A stretch of DNA of 64,000 bases, from assembly GCF_938074695.1 (NCBI RefSeq), contig NZ_CALJEM010000055.1, positions 718 to 64,717 of the forward strand, read 5' to 3'. Under the pieces are notes generated by a model. That model was not told the DNA's origin. It searched no databases and saw nothing but the letters and a program-made list of their open reading frames with translations. Below are positions 1 to 9,178 of the stretch, piece by piece (the stretch's first letter is position 1; each line of letters begins with the position of its first letter). The DNA comes from an uncultured Thermosynechococcus sp. (GTDB lineage Bacteria > Cyanobacteriota > Cyanobacteriia > Thermosynechococcales > Thermosynechococcaceae). The position numbers and the translations under genes are program-made.

Positions 1-10
1 AACGCGCCCT

Positions 11-2035
11 ATGGTCAACACATCCTCATCTTCCTCTCGCAAAGCGCTGACTGTGCGCGGCAGAGCCGCCAGCCCCACAGAACGAGCTATTGTTGCCGCC
101 GGTTATGCCAGTATTGATCAGGTGCGGGAGGCCATGAATACCGCCCGCAAAACCGGTAAATCTCTGGTGACCGTGCTGCAGGAGATTACGGGCACCACCA
201 TGCCCCCCGATTTGTTGCGCCAGTACCACAAGCAACAGCTTTTTGAACTCAAAGTCATCTACGGTGTCGATTGCCTCGACCCCGAACTCAATCGCTTCCC
301 CATCGAGCAAATCGAGGAACTGATCAACACAATTGTCCCGATTGACACCTGCCGCACCTACCAAGTGATCCCTGTTGCCAAACATCTCGACGCCGACCCT
401 CCCTATCTGCTGGTGGCAATGGTGGATCCCGATAACCTGCAAGCCATTGACAACCTCAACCGCCTCCTGCGCGCTCACAACCTCACCCTCAAGCGGATGG
501 TGATCACCCTAGAGGACTACCAACGCCTCATTGACCCCATTCTCAACAAACAAGTGGCGGAAACGGCCGCCAGTAAAGCTGCCCCGGCCGCGATTGGTGA
601 AATCAACATTGAAGAAGACATCGAAGCCATAGGGGGTCTCGAAGAACTGGAAGGGGAGCAAGAGGTTGACCTGGCTGAAGCTTTAAGAGGGGCAGAAGAC
701 GCACCGATTATTGCCCTGGTGAATAAAATTTTGGCCAAAGCCCTCACTGAAGGGGTTTCTGATATTCACGTTGAACCTCAAGAGGAATACTTGCGAATTC
801 GCTTCCGCAAAGATGGGGTATTGCACCAAGCCTTTGACCCCCTGCCGAAGAAGATCGTACCCGCCGTGGTTTCCCGCTTCAAAATCTTGGCTGACCTCGA
901 CATTGCCGAGCGGCGTGCCCCCCAAGATGGTCGTATCCGCAAAATGTTCCAAGGGCGACGGGTGGACTTCCGCGTGAATACCCTCCCCAGCCGCTGGGGT
1001 GAAAAGGTCGTACTGCGGATTCTCGATAACTCCGCCACCCAACTGGGTCTGGACAAGCTGATTACCGACCCTGAGAGTCTGGCCATTGTGCGGGAGATGA
1101 TCAAGCGTCCCTTTGGCTTGATCCTCGTTACAGGACCCACTGGTTCAGGGAAAACCACCACCCTATACTCGGCGCTTGCTGAGTGTAATCATCCTGGGGT
1201 CAACATCAGCACAGCGGAAGACCCGATTGAGTACACGCTCCCCGGCCTAACACAGGTGCAGGTCATTCGTGAAAAGGGCATGGACTTCGCCTCCATTCTA
1301 CGGGCCTTTCTCCGCCAAGACCCCGATGTGATTCTGGTGGGGGAGACTCGCGACAAGGAAACAGCCAAAACCGCCATTGAAGCGGCCTTAACAGGTCACT
1401 TGGTGCTGACCACCCTGCACACGAATGATGCCGCCAGTGCCGTTGCCCGTCTCTCGGAAATGGGGATTGAACCTTTTATGGTCTCCGCCTCCTTAATTGG
1501 TGTCGTCGCCCAGCGCCTCATGCGGCGGGTATGTACTGAGTGTCGCATTCCCTATACTCCTACCCGTGAAGAATTAGCACGTTTTGGGCTGTCGGCCTCA
1601 GAGACAACCGGCATTACGTTCTACAAGGCCAACACATTAACCCCTGAACAAATTCAGACTGCTAAAGCCAGCGGGCAACCGATTTGCAGTAAGTGTGGCG
1701 GTGTTGGCTACAAAGGGCGGTGTGGGGTCTATGAAATTATGCGGGTGACGGAGCGCCTGCAAAGACTGATTACCGAGGGTGCCCCCACTGAACAGATTAA
1801 GGAAGCGGCGGTGGAAGAGGGGATGAAGACGCTGCTGGCCTACAGCTTAAATCTTGTCAAGCAGGGGTTGACTACCCTCGAAGAAGTGGAGCGCGTCACC
1901 TTTACGGACACAGGTCTCGAATCAGAACTCAAGGCCAAACGTAAGAGTTCTTTGACCTGCCGTAACTGTGGTGCCGAGGCGCAGCCCGAATGGTTAGAAT
2001 GCCCCTATTGCATGACACCCCGCTTTGTGGATTGA
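11..2035 (+). CDS. pilB: Type IV pilus assembly ATPase PilB (GspE family)
   Basis: 674 aa. It has a GspE/PilB N-terminal domain, Walker A GPTGSGKTT, an Asp box and His box, and the CTEC...CSKCGG...C tetracysteine. An extra C-terminal CxxC-N13-CxxC is present. pilT and pilC follow. Confidence 0.93.
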   Translation: MVNTSSSSSRKALTVRGRAASPTERAIVAAGYASIDQVREAMNTARKTGKSLVTVLQEITGTTMPPDLLRQYHKQQLFELKVIYGVDCLDPELNRFPIEQIEELINTIVPIDTCRTYQVIPVAKHLDADPPYLLVAMVDPDNLQAIDNLNRLLRAHNLTLKRMVITLEDYQRLIDPILNKQVAETAASKAAPAAIGEINIEEDIEAIGGLEELEGEQEVDLAEALRGAEDAPIIALVNKILAKALTEGVSDIHVEPQEEYLRIRFRKDGVLHQAFDPLPKKIVPAVVSRFKILADLDIAERRAPQDGRIRKMFQGRRVDFRVNTLPSRWGEKVVLRILDNSATQLGLDKLITDPESLAIVREMIKRPFGLILVTGPTGSGKTTTLYSALAECNHPGVNISTAEDPIEYTLPGLTQVQVIREKGMDFASILRAFLRQDPDVILVGETRDKETAKTAIEAALTGHLVLTTLHTNDAASAVARLSEMGIEPFMVSASLIGVVAQRLMRRVCTECRIPYTPTREELARFGLSASETTGITFYKANTLTPEQIQTAKASGQPICSKCGGVGYKGRCGVYEIMRVTERLQRLITEGAPTEQIKEAAVEEGMKTLLAYSLNLVKQGLTTLEEVERVTFTDTGLESELKAKRKSSLTCRNCGAEAQPEWLECPYCMTPRFVD

Positions 2036-2108
2036 CAAGATCAGGATTATCCATATCCAGTGATAACTTTCGTGTTGTTGACCAAACCACTTAGATGAGG
2101 AACACCCT

Positions 2109-3206
2109 ATGGAGCTAATGATTGAAGACCTAATGGAGCAAGTGGTGGCCAATGGCGGCTCCGATTTACATATCTCTGCTGGCTTACCCCCCTACGTTCG
2201 CATCAGTGGCAAGCTCACACCGATGGACTACGAGCCACTCACCCCAGAGCAATGCCAGCGCCTGATCTTCAGTATGCTCAACAATACCCAACGCAAACAC
2301 CTAGAGCAAAACTGGGAGTTGGACTGCTCCTATGGGGTGCGGGGTTTAGCACGGTTCCGCGTCAATGTCTATAAGGATCGGGGAACCTACGCTGCCTGCT
2401 TGCGGGCCCTGAGTTCTAAAATCCCTACATTTGAGCAGTTGGGGTTGCCCAATGTGGTTCGTGAGATGTGTGAGCGCCCCCGTGGTTTGATTCTAGTAAC
2501 CGGCCCCACGGGATCAGGAAAAACCACCACCCTTGCGGCCATGATTGACCTGATCAACAAGACCCGTGCCGAGCATATTCTGACAATTGAGGATCCCATT
2601 GAGTTTGTCTATGAACCCATCAAAAGTCTCATCCATCAACGGCAAGTAGGCGAAGACACCAAGAGTTTTGCCAATGCGCTGCGGGCAGCCTTGCGCGAAG
2701 ACCCCGACATTATTCTGGTGGGTGAGATGCGGGATTTAGAAACGATTCAATTGGCCATCTCCGCAGCGGAAACGGGGCACCTTGTCATGGGGACGCTCCA
2801 CACCAGTTCTGCGGCTCAAACTGTTGACCGCATGGTGGACGTGTTCCCACCAGAGCAGCAACAGCAAATTCGTGTCCAGCTGTCGAACTCGTTGGTGGCC
2901 GTCTTTAGCCAAACGCTCGTTCCCAAGAAAAATCCTAAGCCGGGTGAATTCGGGCGGATTATGGCCCAAGAGATTATGGTAGTGACCCCCGCGATCTCCA
3001 ACCTGATTCGTGAAGGGAAAACGTCACAAATTTATTCGGCGATTCAAACGGGAGGCAAGCTGGGGATGCAAACCCTTGAAAAGGTTCTTGCTGATTACTA
3101 TCGCGCTGGAATCATCACCTATGAAGCTGCCATGTCTAAATCCTCGCGTCAGGATGAGCTGCAACGTCTCATTGGCACGGGAACACCGGCGGCAGCCGCA
3201 CGCTAG
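2109..3206 (+). CDS. pilT: Twitching motility / pilus retraction ATPase PilT
   Basis: 365 aa. It has Walker A GPTGSGKTT, a PilT-type Walker B and His box (LVMGTLHTSSAAQT), and lies between pilB and pilC. Confidence 0.93.
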   Translation: MELMIEDLMEQVVANGGSDLHISAGLPPYVRISGKLTPMDYEPLTPEQCQRLIFSMLNNTQRKHLEQNWELDCSYGVRGLARFRVNVYKDRGTYAACLRALSSKIPTFEQLGLPNVVREMCERPRGLILVTGPTGSGKTTTLAAMIDLINKTRAEHILTIEDPIEFVYEPIKSLIHQRQVGEDTKSFANALRAALREDPDIILVGEMRDLETIQLAISAAETGHLVMGTLHTSSAAQTVDRMVDVFPPEQQQQIRVQLSNSLVAVFSQTLVPKKNPKPGEFGRIMAQEIMVVTPAISNLIREGKTSQIYSAIQTGGKLGMQTLEKVLADYYRAGIITYEAAMSKSSRQDELQRLIGTGTPAAAAR

Positions 3207-3241
3207 TTAGCAATCATTGAGAAAAGAAGGGGTATTCAGTC

Positions 3242-4462
3242 ATGGCAACCTATGAAGTGCGGATACGGGATGCCCAAGGCAAGTACAAAACCGTCCGCGA
3301 GGAAGCTGCGACACCGCGGGAAGCACGTATGGCCTTGCAATTGCAAGGGGTACAGGTTCTAGAGGTCAAGGAGGCAAAAACCCTTACCCTGAAGTCTGAT
3401 ATTGACCTCAGTTTTTTAGCAAAGATTACGGTGAAGGACAAGGCCATCTTTGCTCGGCAGTTTGCGGCACTTGTGAACGCAGGCGTGGCGTTGGTGCGCG
3501 GGATCGGTGTGTTGGCCGATCAGTGCACAAACCCAAAACTGAAAAAAATCCTCATGGCCGTCAACAACGACATTCAGCAGGGGAGCAGCCTAGCGGATGC
3601 AATGCGCCCTCATCCAGAAGCCTTTGACAATCTTTTCATTGCTATGATCCAAGCTGGGGAAACGGGGGGGGTGCTGGACGAAGTGCTCAACCGTCTTTCC
3701 AAACTACTAGAGGATCAAGCCCGACTCAACAACCAGATCAAGTCTGCCCTGACGTATCCCGTCGTGGTGGGTCTGCTGGCAGTGGGGATTTTCTTGGGGA
3801 TGGTGATTTTCCTCATCCCTGTTTTTGAGGGAATTTTCAAACAGTTGGGTGGGGAATTGCCCCCCTTTACAGCCATGATGGTGGCCCTTAGTCAGTTCCT
3901 GCGCACGCCCCAGTACATGGCTTTGTTGATTCTCTGTGTGGTTGGTTTGGTCTTAGGAATTCGCTTTTACTACAAGACCCCCAACGGTCGCCTGACGATT
4001 GACGGTTTGTTATTGAAGCTACCTCTTTTTGGTGAGTTGGTGGAAAAAACGGCGGTGGCACGCTTCTGCCGCACGTTTGGCTCACTCTCCCGTTCCGGGG
4101 TACCGATTTTGCGCTCCCTTGAGATTGTCAGTGCTACAGCGGGTAACCAAGTGATTTCCAATGCTATTGACCGCGCGGCAAAGGAAGTGCAACAGGGAGG
4201 AATGCTCAGCCTTGCCCTACAACAGGAACGGGTGTTTCCAGTTCTGGCGACCCAAATGATTAACGTGGGGGAAGAAACAGGGGAACTGGATAAGATGCTG
4301 ATGAAGGTGGCAGACTTCTATGAAGACGAGGTGGAGCAAGCGGTCAAAGCCCTCACGAGTGTGATGGAACCCTTGATGATTGCGGTGCTAGGGGGTATGG
4401 TAGGGTCAATTCTGGTGGCGATGTACCTGCCCATGTTCAAGATCTTCGATCTGGTCAAATAA
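3242..4462 (+). CDS. pilC: Type IV pilus inner-membrane platform protein PilC (GspF family)
   Basis: 406 aa with two GspF repeats and hydrophobic segments. Typical pilBTC order. Confidence 0.92.
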   Translation: MATYEVRIRDAQGKYKTVREEAATPREARMALQLQGVQVLEVKEAKTLTLKSDIDLSFLAKITVKDKAIFARQFAALVNAGVALVRGIGVLADQCTNPKLKKILMAVNNDIQQGSSLADAMRPHPEAFDNLFIAMIQAGETGGVLDEVLNRLSKLLEDQARLNNQIKSALTYPVVVGLLAVGIFLGMVIFLIPVFEGIFKQLGGELPPFTAMMVALSQFLRTPQYMALLILCVVGLVLGIRFYYKTPNGRLTIDGLLLKLPLFGELVEKTAVARFCRTFGSLSRSGVPILRSLEIVSATAGNQVISNAIDRAAKEVQQGGMLSLALQQERVFPVLATQMINVGEETGELDKMLMKVADFYEDEVEQAVKALTSVMEPLMIAVLGGMVGSILVAMYLPMFKIFDLVK

Positions 4463-4470
4463 CCCTGGTT

Positions 4471-4947
4471 ATGGTCCCTCGGTCTCCGTCGCGCACCCAT
4501 TACGATGTCCTTGAGGTGGCACCCACCGCCTCTTTAGCGGAGATCCGCCGTGCCTATCGGGAAAAGAGCAAGCTCTACCATCCGGATACGACCACGTTGC
4601 CGCTGGCGATCGCCCGTGAGGAGTTCCATCGCCTCAATGAGGCCTATGCAGTGCTGAGCAATCCGGAACAGCGGCAGTGGTATGACTTGCAATTGCGCTT
4701 GCGGTTACAATCAAAACAGGCCAGCCCGATGGGGATAGGAAGTTCCCATCGTCGCCCGCAAGAGTCTGGGCGTTCTACCGCGATGCTCTCCGAGGATCGC
4801 CCCCTCTCGCCAGGGGAGCTTTTTGCCTTGTTTATCTTAGGGATGACATTTGTCGGTTGTCTGGTGCTGGCGGTGATTGTCGGTTTGTCCCAACAGGGGC
4901 AAGAATGGATCTTGCAAATTGTCAGTTACATTTCAGAACTTGGATGA
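4471..4947 (+). CDS. J-domain (DnaJ-like) membrane protein
   Basis: The J domain has HPD (YREKSKLYHPDTT) and a C-terminal TM segment (LFALFILGMTFVGCLVLAVIVGL). It starts 8 nt after the pilC stop. Confidence 0.75.
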   Translation: MVPRSPSRTHYDVLEVAPTASLAEIRRAYREKSKLYHPDTTTLPLAIAREEFHRLNEAYAVLSNPEQRQWYDLQLRLRLQSKQASPMGIGSSHRRPQESGRSTAMLSEDRPLSPGELFALFILGMTFVGCLVLAVIVGLSQQGQEWILQIVSYISELG

Positions 4948-5216
4948 ATACCCTGCCTAATCCCCAAACGCCCCTCTACAACCACGCCTTGCCGCAAATT
5001 GAAGCATGGCTTCAACAGCAGGGCTGTGTGCGGGACGAAACAGACATTCATTGCTGGGAGTTAGAGCACCCCCAGTGGTCAGCCCGGATTTGCTTGGACA
5101 TTGAAGAGCTACAGGTAACCTATCGCGATCGCCGTGCAGGCACTGTTGTGCAACGATCTTTTAAGTACTCCTGTCCCCGCGCTGCCGTAGAGGAAGCGAT
5201 TTTTGCAGGCCCTTAA
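4944..5216 (+). CDS. Conserved small cyanobacterial protein, DUF3143-like (family name from memory)
   Basis: The start is trimmed to ATG 4944, which overlaps the upstream TGA (ATGA). MNTLPNPQTPLYNHALPQIEAWLQQQGC...SFKYSCPRAAVEEAIFAGP resembles DUF3143. Confidence 0.6.
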   Translation: MNTLPNPQTPLYNHALPQIEAWLQQQGCVRDETDIHCWELEHPQWSARICLDIEELQVTYRDRRAGTVVQRSFKYSCPRAAVEEAIFAGP

Positions 5217-5557
5217 ACCGCCATCATGACGGGCATTGCTGGAGTTTTTTGGCCGGTTTGATCCTTGATTCGCTTCAAGCCAAAAATCCAGAGAATTTGA
5301 TCTTCAATGGCTGCCGCTTGCTCTTTTGCCCCTGCTTTCAACAGCAGTTGGTAGGTCATCATCAGCTTCTCAATTTCAGCCACTTGGGTACGGACTTCTT
5401 CTTCATCTAGATAGAGACTTTCAAGAACTGCGTTCAAGTCTGCCTCGGGATCAGCCACTAAACAAGCCCCCTCCACCGCCACAGATTTGAGCTGCCCCTG
5501 GTATTGCCGCAGCAGACGGCGAATGGTGTAGGCAGTAACAGGTAATAACTTTCTCAT
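5213..5557 (-). CDS. Hypothetical protein (114 aa, acidic and helical)
   Basis: It is the only long ORF in this interval and its codon usage looks like the neighbours. No family recognised. Confidence 0.5.
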   Translation of the reverse strand: MRKLLPVTAYTIRRLLRQYQGQLKSVAVEGACLVADPEADLNAVLESLYLDEEEVRTQVAEIEKLMMTYQLLLKAGAKEQAAAIEDQILWIFGLKRIKDQTGQKTPAMPVMMAV

Positions 5558-5852
5558 GTTGTGTTCCCCCAGTTTTTATCGGCACTTTTCACAGCCAAGT
5601 TTCCCTCTGTTCACTTCCACCCGTGGGCAAATTTTGTGGGGGATCAACAGGGGAGATAACTATTCATGAAGGGCTGGTTTACCATACGTTATTATTCTAT
5701 GCACTCTGCAACTGGGGGATCATGCGTAATTCTACGGAGAAGCACTTTTAGATGTGATTTAGATCACGAAAGTCATGACATTATGGACATTTGAGGACAT
5801 TGTAAATTTATGTCAAGAAACTATAACTGTTAACAACATGTAACAAGGCCAT

Positions 5853-7004
5853 TTATCGCGGCTGGCGGAGTTCCTGAATGCTATTGCGAATCTGCTGCAG
5901 GGCAAAATCAATCTCTGTCTCTGTAGTGGTACGCAATAGGCCAAAGCGCAGTGAGGCACGGGCAAGGGCGGGCGATCGCCCTAGGGCGAGGAGGACATGG
6001 GAAGGAGTTGGTTTTTCGCTACTACAGGCAGCCCCCGTTGAGAGGGCAACGTGGGGATAAATAGAGCGCAGGAGGGTATTACCCTCAACCCCACCAATAC
6101 TGACATTGAGACAGTTGGGCAAACTCTGCTGCCAATCCCCATTGAGATAAATCTCCCCAAGGGAGGCCAGCCCCTGCCACAGCCGTTCTTTAAGACGCCA
6201 TAGATGGGGAATATCGGTGCCTTGACGTTCCTGAGCCAGTTGTACCGCCGTGCCAAAGCCGACAATCAGGGGAGTGGCCAAGGTGCCCGATCGCCAGCCC
6301 TGTTCTTGACCGCCACCGTGGAGCTGAGGGGCTAATTGGACGCGGGGGCGATCGCGCCGCACGTACAGAGCACCAATCCCCTTAGGGCCATAGAGTTTGT
6401 GGGCAGTGAGGGACATGAGATCCACTTGGAGTGCTTGCACATCCAAGGGAATTTTCCCCAAAGCCTGAGCGGCATCGGTATGGAAGAGCACCCCGCGCTC
6501 GCGACAGCGGTGCCCAATCTCCGCCAAGGGCTGGAGCACCCCAATCTCATTATTGGCGGCCATCACCGACACCAAGATGGTCTCCTTGGTAAAGGCTTGT
6601 TCTAACTCACCAAGATCAATGAACCCTTTCTCATTGACCCCCAGATAGGTGATGCGAAAGCCAAGGGACTCCAAGTAGCGGCAGGGGGCTAAGACCGCAT
6701 TGTGCTCGGTCTGCACGGTAATCACATGGCGACCCCGACTGTAGTAGGCTTCCGCCACTCCCTTAATCGCCAAGTTGTCTGCTTCGGTGGCACCGCTGGT
6801 AAAAACGATTTCTTCAGGATGGGCATGGATGGCTGCGGCAATGGTTTCGCGCGCTTGATCAATAGCTGCTGCCGCCTCCCAGCCGTAGGCATGGGCACGA
6901 TTACTGGCATTGCCGGGGCGATCGCTAAAATAGGGCAGCATGGCTGCCAGCACTTGAGGATCAACAGGCGTGGTGGTCATCCCGTCCAAATAGATTGGTT
7001 TCAT
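5853..7004 (-). CDS. Cysteine desulfurase (class V aminotransferase, NifS/IscS-like)
   Basis: 383 aa. It has a PLP-lysine context (SLTAHKLYGPKGIG) and a C-terminal active-site Cys loop (STGAACSS). Confidence 0.88.
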   Translation of the reverse strand: MKPIYLDGMTTTPVDPQVLAAMLPYFSDRPGNASNRAHAYGWEAAAAIDQARETIAAAIHAHPEEIVFTSGATEADNLAIKGVAEAYYSRGRHVITVQTEHNAVLAPCRYLESLGFRITYLGVNEKGFIDLGELEQAFTKETILVSVMAANNEIGVLQPLAEIGHRCRERGVLFHTDAAQALGKIPLDVQALQVDLMSLTAHKLYGPKGIGALYVRRDRPRVQLAPQLHGGGQEQGWRSGTLATPLIVGFGTAVQLAQERQGTDIPHLWRLKERLWQGLASLGEIYLNGDWQQSLPNCLNVSIGGVEGNTLLRSIYPHVALSTGAACSSEKPTPSHVLLALGRSPALARASLRFGLLRTTTETEIDFALQQIRNSIQELRQPR

Positions 7005-7115
7005 CCGAGCTGGCGATAGAGTATTCTATATTTCAGCCTAGCAAGCTCAACTCAGGGGCAAGTCTAGGTGCCAGCGGCACTATAGTGAAAATAGAACAAC
7101 ACGTTACCTCTCAGC

Positions 7116-7188
7116 CCAGGGTTGGCCGAGCGGATGAGGCAGCGAACTCATAATTCGCCATAGGCTGGTTCAACTCCAGCACCCTGGA
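7116..7188 (+). tRNA. tRNA with anticodon CAU (elongator Met, or Ile2 if lysidinylated)
   Basis: Hand-folded cloverleaf. Acceptor CCAGGGT/ACCCTGG. D arm GCCG-AGCGGATG-AGGC. Anticodon stem GCGAA/TTCGC with loop CTCATAA. Variable loop of 5 nt. T arm GCTGG-TTCAACT-CCAGC. Discriminator A. CCA is not encoded. Confidence 0.7.
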
Positions 7189-7264
7189 TTTTTCAATCGA
7201 ATCACCGCGAATCCCGCGATGCCTTCCGCTAAACTGAAAGAAGCTTTATATCGCAAATTTTGCC

Positions 7265-7636
7265 ATGAGTAGCCCCTATAAACCGCAACAGGCCTCCGAC
7301 AAAAACCTTGAAGCCATGCGCAAGTTTGCGGAAACCTACGCCAAGCGCACGGGAACCTATTTTTGCTCCGATTTGGGGACAACTGCCGTGGTGTTAGAGG
7401 GATTAGCCAAGCATAAGGACGATTACGGCTCTCCCCTGTGTCCCTGCCGCCACTATGAAGACAAAGAAGCAGAAGTTGCGGCCGCCTACTGGAACTGCCC
7501 CTGTGTGCCCATGCGCGAACGGCGGGAATGTCACTGTCTTCTCTTTCTAACCCCAGATCATCCCTTTGCGGGTACGGCTCAAGAGATTTCCTTTGAGCAA
7601 ATTCGCGAGGAAACCAATCGCTTTACAGTTTCTTAG
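7265..7636 (+). CDS. ftrC: Ferredoxin-thioredoxin reductase catalytic subunit
   Basis: 123 aa with the CPC...CPC...CHC cluster and disulfide motifs (LCPCRHY, WNCPCVPMRERRECHCLLF). Confidence 0.9.
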   Translation: MSSPYKPQQASDKNLEAMRKFAETYAKRTGTYFCSDLGTTAVVLEGLAKHKDDYGSPLCPCRHYEDKEAEVAAAYWNCPCVPMRERRECHCLLFLTPDHPFAGTAQEISFEQIREETNRFTVS

Positions 7637-7819
7637 TACTTTAGGATAACCATCATTGCATCCCTATAGATGCCGACAGGAACGAACTGACGGGCGGGAA
7701 TGGGACTAGAGATTTCAAGGGGTGTAGGGGCATGATTCACAGGCCCTAAGGTACGCAAACTGCTCCCGCCGATACTATCCCCCCAAATTTGTCGAGGTGT
7801 AAAATGGCTTGCATGACCA

Positions 7820-9178
7820 ATGCCAAAGCCAATCGTGACTTTGCCTCTTTCTCCTCTATTGCGGTGCCTAGGGAATCGAGCCTTTGCCCATCTTTATGCG
7901 GCGCAAACGATCAACCTAATTGGGGATGCATTCACGTGGCTCGGCCTAGGACTCCTTGCTTTTGAGTTGGCAGGCGAGAATTCGGCACTATGGCTCTCAA
8001 CCGCCTTAACCCTGCGGGTCACCCTCTTTGTGCTATTGGCTCCTATTGCCGGTGTCTTAGCAGATCAGTTGGATCGCAAGGGGTTGATGGTGACAACCCA
8101 TCTTGTGCGTATGGTTTTGGTCTCATTGTTTCCATTTGTCAGTGATAGCTGGCAATTGTATCTGCTGGTAGCCCTGCTCAGCGGATTTCACGCCCTCTTT
8201 ACCCCAACCTACACGGCCACATTACCTCTAATCACAACTGCTGAGGAGTGCCCAGCAGCGATCGCCCTCTCGAATGCCACATATCAGCTCCTAAGTGTTT
8301 TAGGCCCAGCCCTTGCGGGCAGTGTTGCGGCACTGTTTAACACTCGTTCAGTGTTCTTCTTGGATGCCTTGACGTTTTTGGGAGCAGCGGGATTAATTGC
8401 TGGGCTGCCCACGGCTTTGCTTGTCCCTAGAGAAGGAGTGGTCTCCCCCCATAGAGGATTTCTTGAGGAGCTTAGCGTCGGCAGTCAGTGCCTTTGGTGG
8501 GATGCAGCGATTCGCTATGGGTTGCTGCTGCAATTGGTGGCGGCGATCGCCGGCGCTGAAATTTTGGTGAATACTGTTGGCTCTGTTCAGGGTACGCTAC
8601 AGGCAGGAAGTCAGGCCTACGGCTCGATCATGGCGGCATTTGGTCTGGGTGCTACTCTGGCTGCGGTTATTTGGGGTTATTTCTGTCGCAGGCTCAGTGC
8701 AGTGGTGGCGATGGGTCTGGGAGGGATACTGACGGTGCTGCCGCTCCTGACTGCCGATGGTGCCAATGTTCCTAGCCTTGCTCTGCTGTGGGGGATCGCT
8801 GGTATGGGTAAAACCCTGGTCAATGTACCCATGCAGACAATGATTGCTGAGCGAGTGGCCGTGGATTTGCAGGGGCACGTTTACGGTGCCCAGTTTGCTT
8901 GGAGTCATCTTTGGTGGGTCTTGGCCTATCCCCTAGCGGGATGGTTTGGCAGTCAATTTCCCGCCCAACACTTTTTCTATGCAGGTCTCAGTGGTCTAGT
9001 GCTTTTCATCGCCTTTGCCGTTTTGAGCCAACCGTGGCAATTGCAGCATCTCCCCACCGGTTTTTGGCATAGTCATCCCCATGATCACGACAGCGAACAT
9101 GATCATCATCATCCACACCGGCTACAGGTTCATCCGCACTTGCACTTTCATACCAACCAACCCACGGCAATTAGATAA
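7820..9178 (+). CDS. MFS transporter with a His-rich C-terminal tail
   Basis: 452 aa with about 12 hydrophobic segments and an MFS-like loop (GVLADQLDRKG). The tail is HSHPHDHDSEHDHHHPHRLQVHPHLHFH. Confidence 0.82.
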   Translation: MPKPIVTLPLSPLLRCLGNRAFAHLYAAQTINLIGDAFTWLGLGLLAFELAGENSALWLSTALTLRVTLFVLLAPIAGVLADQLDRKGLMVTTHLVRMVLVSLFPFVSDSWQLYLLVALLSGFHALFTPTYTATLPLITTAEECPAAIALSNATYQLLSVLGPALAGSVAALFNTRSVFFLDALTFLGAAGLIAGLPTALLVPREGVVSPHRGFLEELSVGSQCLWWDAAIRYGLLLQLVAAIAGAEILVNTVGSVQGTLQAGSQAYGSIMAAFGLGATLAAVIWGYFCRRLSAVVAMGLGGILTVLPLLTADGANVPSLALLWGIAGMGKTLVNVPMQTMIAERVAVDLQGHVYGAQFAWSHLWWVLAYPLAGWFGSQFPAQHFFYAGLSGLVLFIAFAVLSQPWQLQHLPTGFWHSHPHDHDSEHDHHHPHRLQVHPHLHFHTNQPTAIR

